Program-made: the position numbers and the translations under genes
NCBI RefSeq assembly: GCF_020745735.1
Contig: NC_083435.1
Span: 36,977,090 to 37,041,089 of the forward strand
Length of the DNA: 64,000 nucleotides
Source of the DNA: Hemiscyllium ocellatum
Lineage: Eukaryota
Direction: 5' to 3'
The notes under the pieces: generated by a model
The model's input: only the letters and a program-made list of their open reading frames with translations
Database searches by the model: none
What the model was told of the DNA's origin: nothing
Shown here: positions 61,245 to 64,000 of the stretch, piece by piece
Layout: each line of letters begins with the position of its first letter
Numbering within the stretch: position 1 is the stretch's first letter

Positions 61245-62790
61245 GTTTTTTTTCACAAGTTTACAAAAGAAAACTAAAAAAAAAGACCCAAGTATAAACA
61301 TTGATATACAGTTAAATCTTAAATAAATGATAACCAAAATCTATCAGACAAGAAAAAAGAAATACCAAGAGAAAAAAAAAGACAAAAAACTCAACTAACT
61401 ACTCATCTAACTTACAACTAACCAGAGTGTATCAGTAAAATTCTTACATTATTCAAGAGAAAAAAAAACCTCACGGATAACACATAAATTGAGCAGTGAT
61501 TTACCTGCTCGGAATGTGTTAGCATCAGATCACAACAAAACCTGTATTTATCCAAAACATCACAAGCATAGAACATATAAAATTCACAAAAATAAAAGCT
61601 CTTTAGTACATTCAAATCGATACAATTTGAAAAAACTATTTCTCAATAGTAAAAAAAAGTATAGAAGTATTTAAATGGAGATCTTCCCCCTTATTCCTAG
61701 GGGGCATCACTTCCTTTCCAAAACACCCATCATAACCTCTCCCAACCAGTGCTCCACCCTTGACACAGGCACCCCACGATAGGATAAAGAAAATTCAAGC
61801 ATACTACTGAACTAGAACTAGCAGTGAGTACCCTATTCACCACCCCCTCCCCATCCCACCCAACCCACACCTCTCTGGCTAAAACCGGGGTGGGATAGAG
61901 CAAAACAACATTGATTAACTCTTATAATTTGTCCCAGAGAGTCCAGAAGTTCCTTGGCCTTCTCCGGTGATCCGAAGTTAAACACGGACCCTTCACGGCT
62001 ATAGCGTAGTATAGCTGGGCAGCGCAAGGAGTATTGAATGTTTAAATCCCTTAAACACTTTTTTGCTTCATCAAACGCCTTCCTCTTTCGGACCAAAGCT
62101 GGGAAAAATCCTGAAATGACATAATCGTGGATCCTTTATGAGTCATGGCTTGTGGATCATTCCCAAGATTTCTGGAGGCTTCCAAGAGAATCTGCCTCAC
62201 CTAATAGCTCTGCAGCTGGAACAGGACCGGGCTGGGGCACTGGTTCAGGCCGGGCCCGTGTATTGTAACCTGGTAGGCCTATTCTACCCTAACCTGGCCT
62301 GATCCAGCCTCCAGATTCAATAACTGCGGAAGCCACTATTCAAGCAACCTTATAAGCTGGCCTTATGCCTGTTCGGGAAGGCCCAGCAAACGAATATTTT
62401 TTCGACGACCTCGATTCTCGAGGTCATCAACGTGATTATCTAAGGTCCGGACTCACTGCTCAAGAGTCCGGACACGATCCACAGCCGACTCTGCAATGGC
62501 CTCGGAGGTCGCGGCCTTTAGCTCCGCCCCTCCGACTCGGAGCTCGATTTCTTCGATGTCACGGCCGTGCTTTTATAGCGCAGCCGAGAATGAATTCCAC
62601 CGACTTCGGGACTCTTCTATGAAAGCATCCATCTTCGCATCGAGTTTGGAGATTATTTTCGCGAGGCTTGCCACCGTAGTTAAGTCCCCCGGGCAGCTGC
62701 GGACGCCTCTACTGCAGCTGGGGAGGGGCTCCTTTCCCCCTAGTCATTTTTACAGGAGACTGAAGTGTATAAATTTAGTACTAAACCACT
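61245..62790 (-). mobile_element. L1-type element with ORF1 only (HAL1-like or internally deleted L1)
   Basis: Degraded ORF1p: LENRGRRKNIRLLGLPE and RKRKAFDEAKKCLRDLNIQYSLR.PA.L..S.EGSVFNFGSPEKAKELLDSL. About 690 bp of T-rich 3' region and an A tail follow, with no EN or RT. Confidence 0.75.
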
Positions 62791-62799
62791 AATTACTTG

Positions 62800-64000
62800 T
62801 TTTTATTTCAAAAATATACTTTATTCATAAAATAATTTGATGGTCTGTACAGTTGGTCATGCCATACATACGTAAGCATTTACATACAGAGATCAGAATT
62901 TATCATTTTTATACACAGGTCTGTACATTTATCAATCATATGCCCATATATTTAGCTGAGGCGTCAGCAGAGCCCAAATGACTGCATGGGCCCCCTGTTC
63001 TTCTGAGGCAGGCAGATGTTACACAGTGGTCTTTCCCCACCGCGCCTTGGCGGAAGCTGCCCCAGGCTTCAACGCGTCCCTCAACACGTAGTCCTGGACC
63101 TTGGAATGTGCCAGTCTGCAACACTCAGTCGGGGTCAACTCCTTCAGCTGAAAGACCAACAAGTTTGGACCACCCAGAGAGCGTCCTTCACCGAGTTGAT
63201 GATCCTCCAGGCGCAGTTGATGTTCGTCTCGGTGTGCATCCCGGGGAACAGGCCGTAGAGCACGGAGTCCCGTGTCACGGCGCTGCTCGGGACGAACCTC
63301 GACAAACACCACTGCATTCCTCTCCAGACTTCCTCTGCATAGGCACATTCCAGAAGGAGGTGTGTGACAGTCTCGTCTCCCCCACAGTCGCTTCGAGGGC
63401 AGCGTGCGGTGCGGCTGAGAGTCCGGACGTGCATAAATGATCTCACAGGCAGAGCCCTTCTCATCACCAGCCAAGCCATGTCTTGGTGCTTGTTGGAAAG
63501 TTCTGGTGATGAGGCATTCTGCCAAATGGCTTTGACAGTCTGCTCAGGGAACCACTCGATAGGATCCGTCCTCTCCTTTTCCCGAAAGATCTCAAGGACA
63601 CTACGTGCTGACCACTTCCTGATGGACTTGTGGTCAAAAGGTGTTTTTCTTCATAAACTTCTCCAGAAAGGACAGGTGGTATGAAACGGTCCAACTACTC
63701 GGAGCGTCCCGTGGCAGCGAGGCCAGGCCCATCCTTCACAACACCGGGGACAGGTAGAACCTCAGTACGTAGTGACACTTGGTGTTTGCGTACCGGGGAT
63801 CCATGCACAGCTTGATGCAGCCACACACAAAGGTGGCCATCAGGGTGAGGGTGGCATTGGGTGTATTTTTTCCCCTTTGCCCAGATCTTTGTACAGCGAG
63901 TCCCTTCGGACCCGGTCCATCTTTGAACTCCATATGAACTGGAAGATGGCCCGGGTGACTGCAGCGGCACAGGTTCTGGGAATAGGCAATGACGTGTAAC
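62800..64000 (-). mobile_element. Tx1/L1-clade LINE 3' part (runs off the window)
   Basis: CPRSDCGGDETVTHLLLECAY; AATAAA and A tail at about 62800-62830. Confidence 0.92.

Noticed and set aside
38740-64000. Target-site specificity of the three Tx1/L1-clade copies
   Set aside because: The 3' flanks (tcattgatcag, ttttgttaaac, caagtaattag) share no motif and none is in an snRNA or tRNA gene.
1-64000. CRISPR arrays, operons or other prokaryotic systems
   Set aside because: The sequence is intron-containing vertebrate DNA, and the short tandem repeats have no unique spacers.

Overview
Eukaryotic genomic DNA from a cartilaginous fish; the SINE/LINE repertoire suggests a carpet or bamboo shark (inference). 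The window is a repeat-dense piece of a nonclassical MHC class I gene cluster. (1) Gene B (minus strand) appears intact: leader 60926-60869, alpha1 60424-60164, alpha2 48429-48154, alpha3 48037-47759, TM 45649-45530, cytoplasmic exons 45086-45054 and 44366-44331, and a terminal exon from 43822. All junctions are phase-1 GT-AG and give a 352-aa ORF. Its alpha2 domain has no cysteine. The alpha3-to-TM link crosses an N gap. (2) Paralog A (plus strand, tail-to-tail with B) has alpha2 15086-15361, alpha3 15479-15757 and a terminal exon from 18334, but no TM or cytoplasmic exons and no visible leader or alpha1. (3) An orphan cytoplasmic exon of a third paralog lies at 8348-8380. (4) Three complementary broken copies of a leader plus possible Ig V-set gene lie at 36.1-41.1 kb. 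The rest is mostly nested mobile DNA: CR1 and L2-like LINEs, Tx1/L1-clade LINEs, an ORF1-only L1 derivative, Penelope-like elements with hammerhead ribozyme motifs, Gypsy/Gmr1-like LTR remnants, tRNA-derived SINEs and a Harbinger remnant. Exon boundaries were read by hand. Most repeat boundaries are approximate, and family and lineage names come from recalled knowledge, not database searches.
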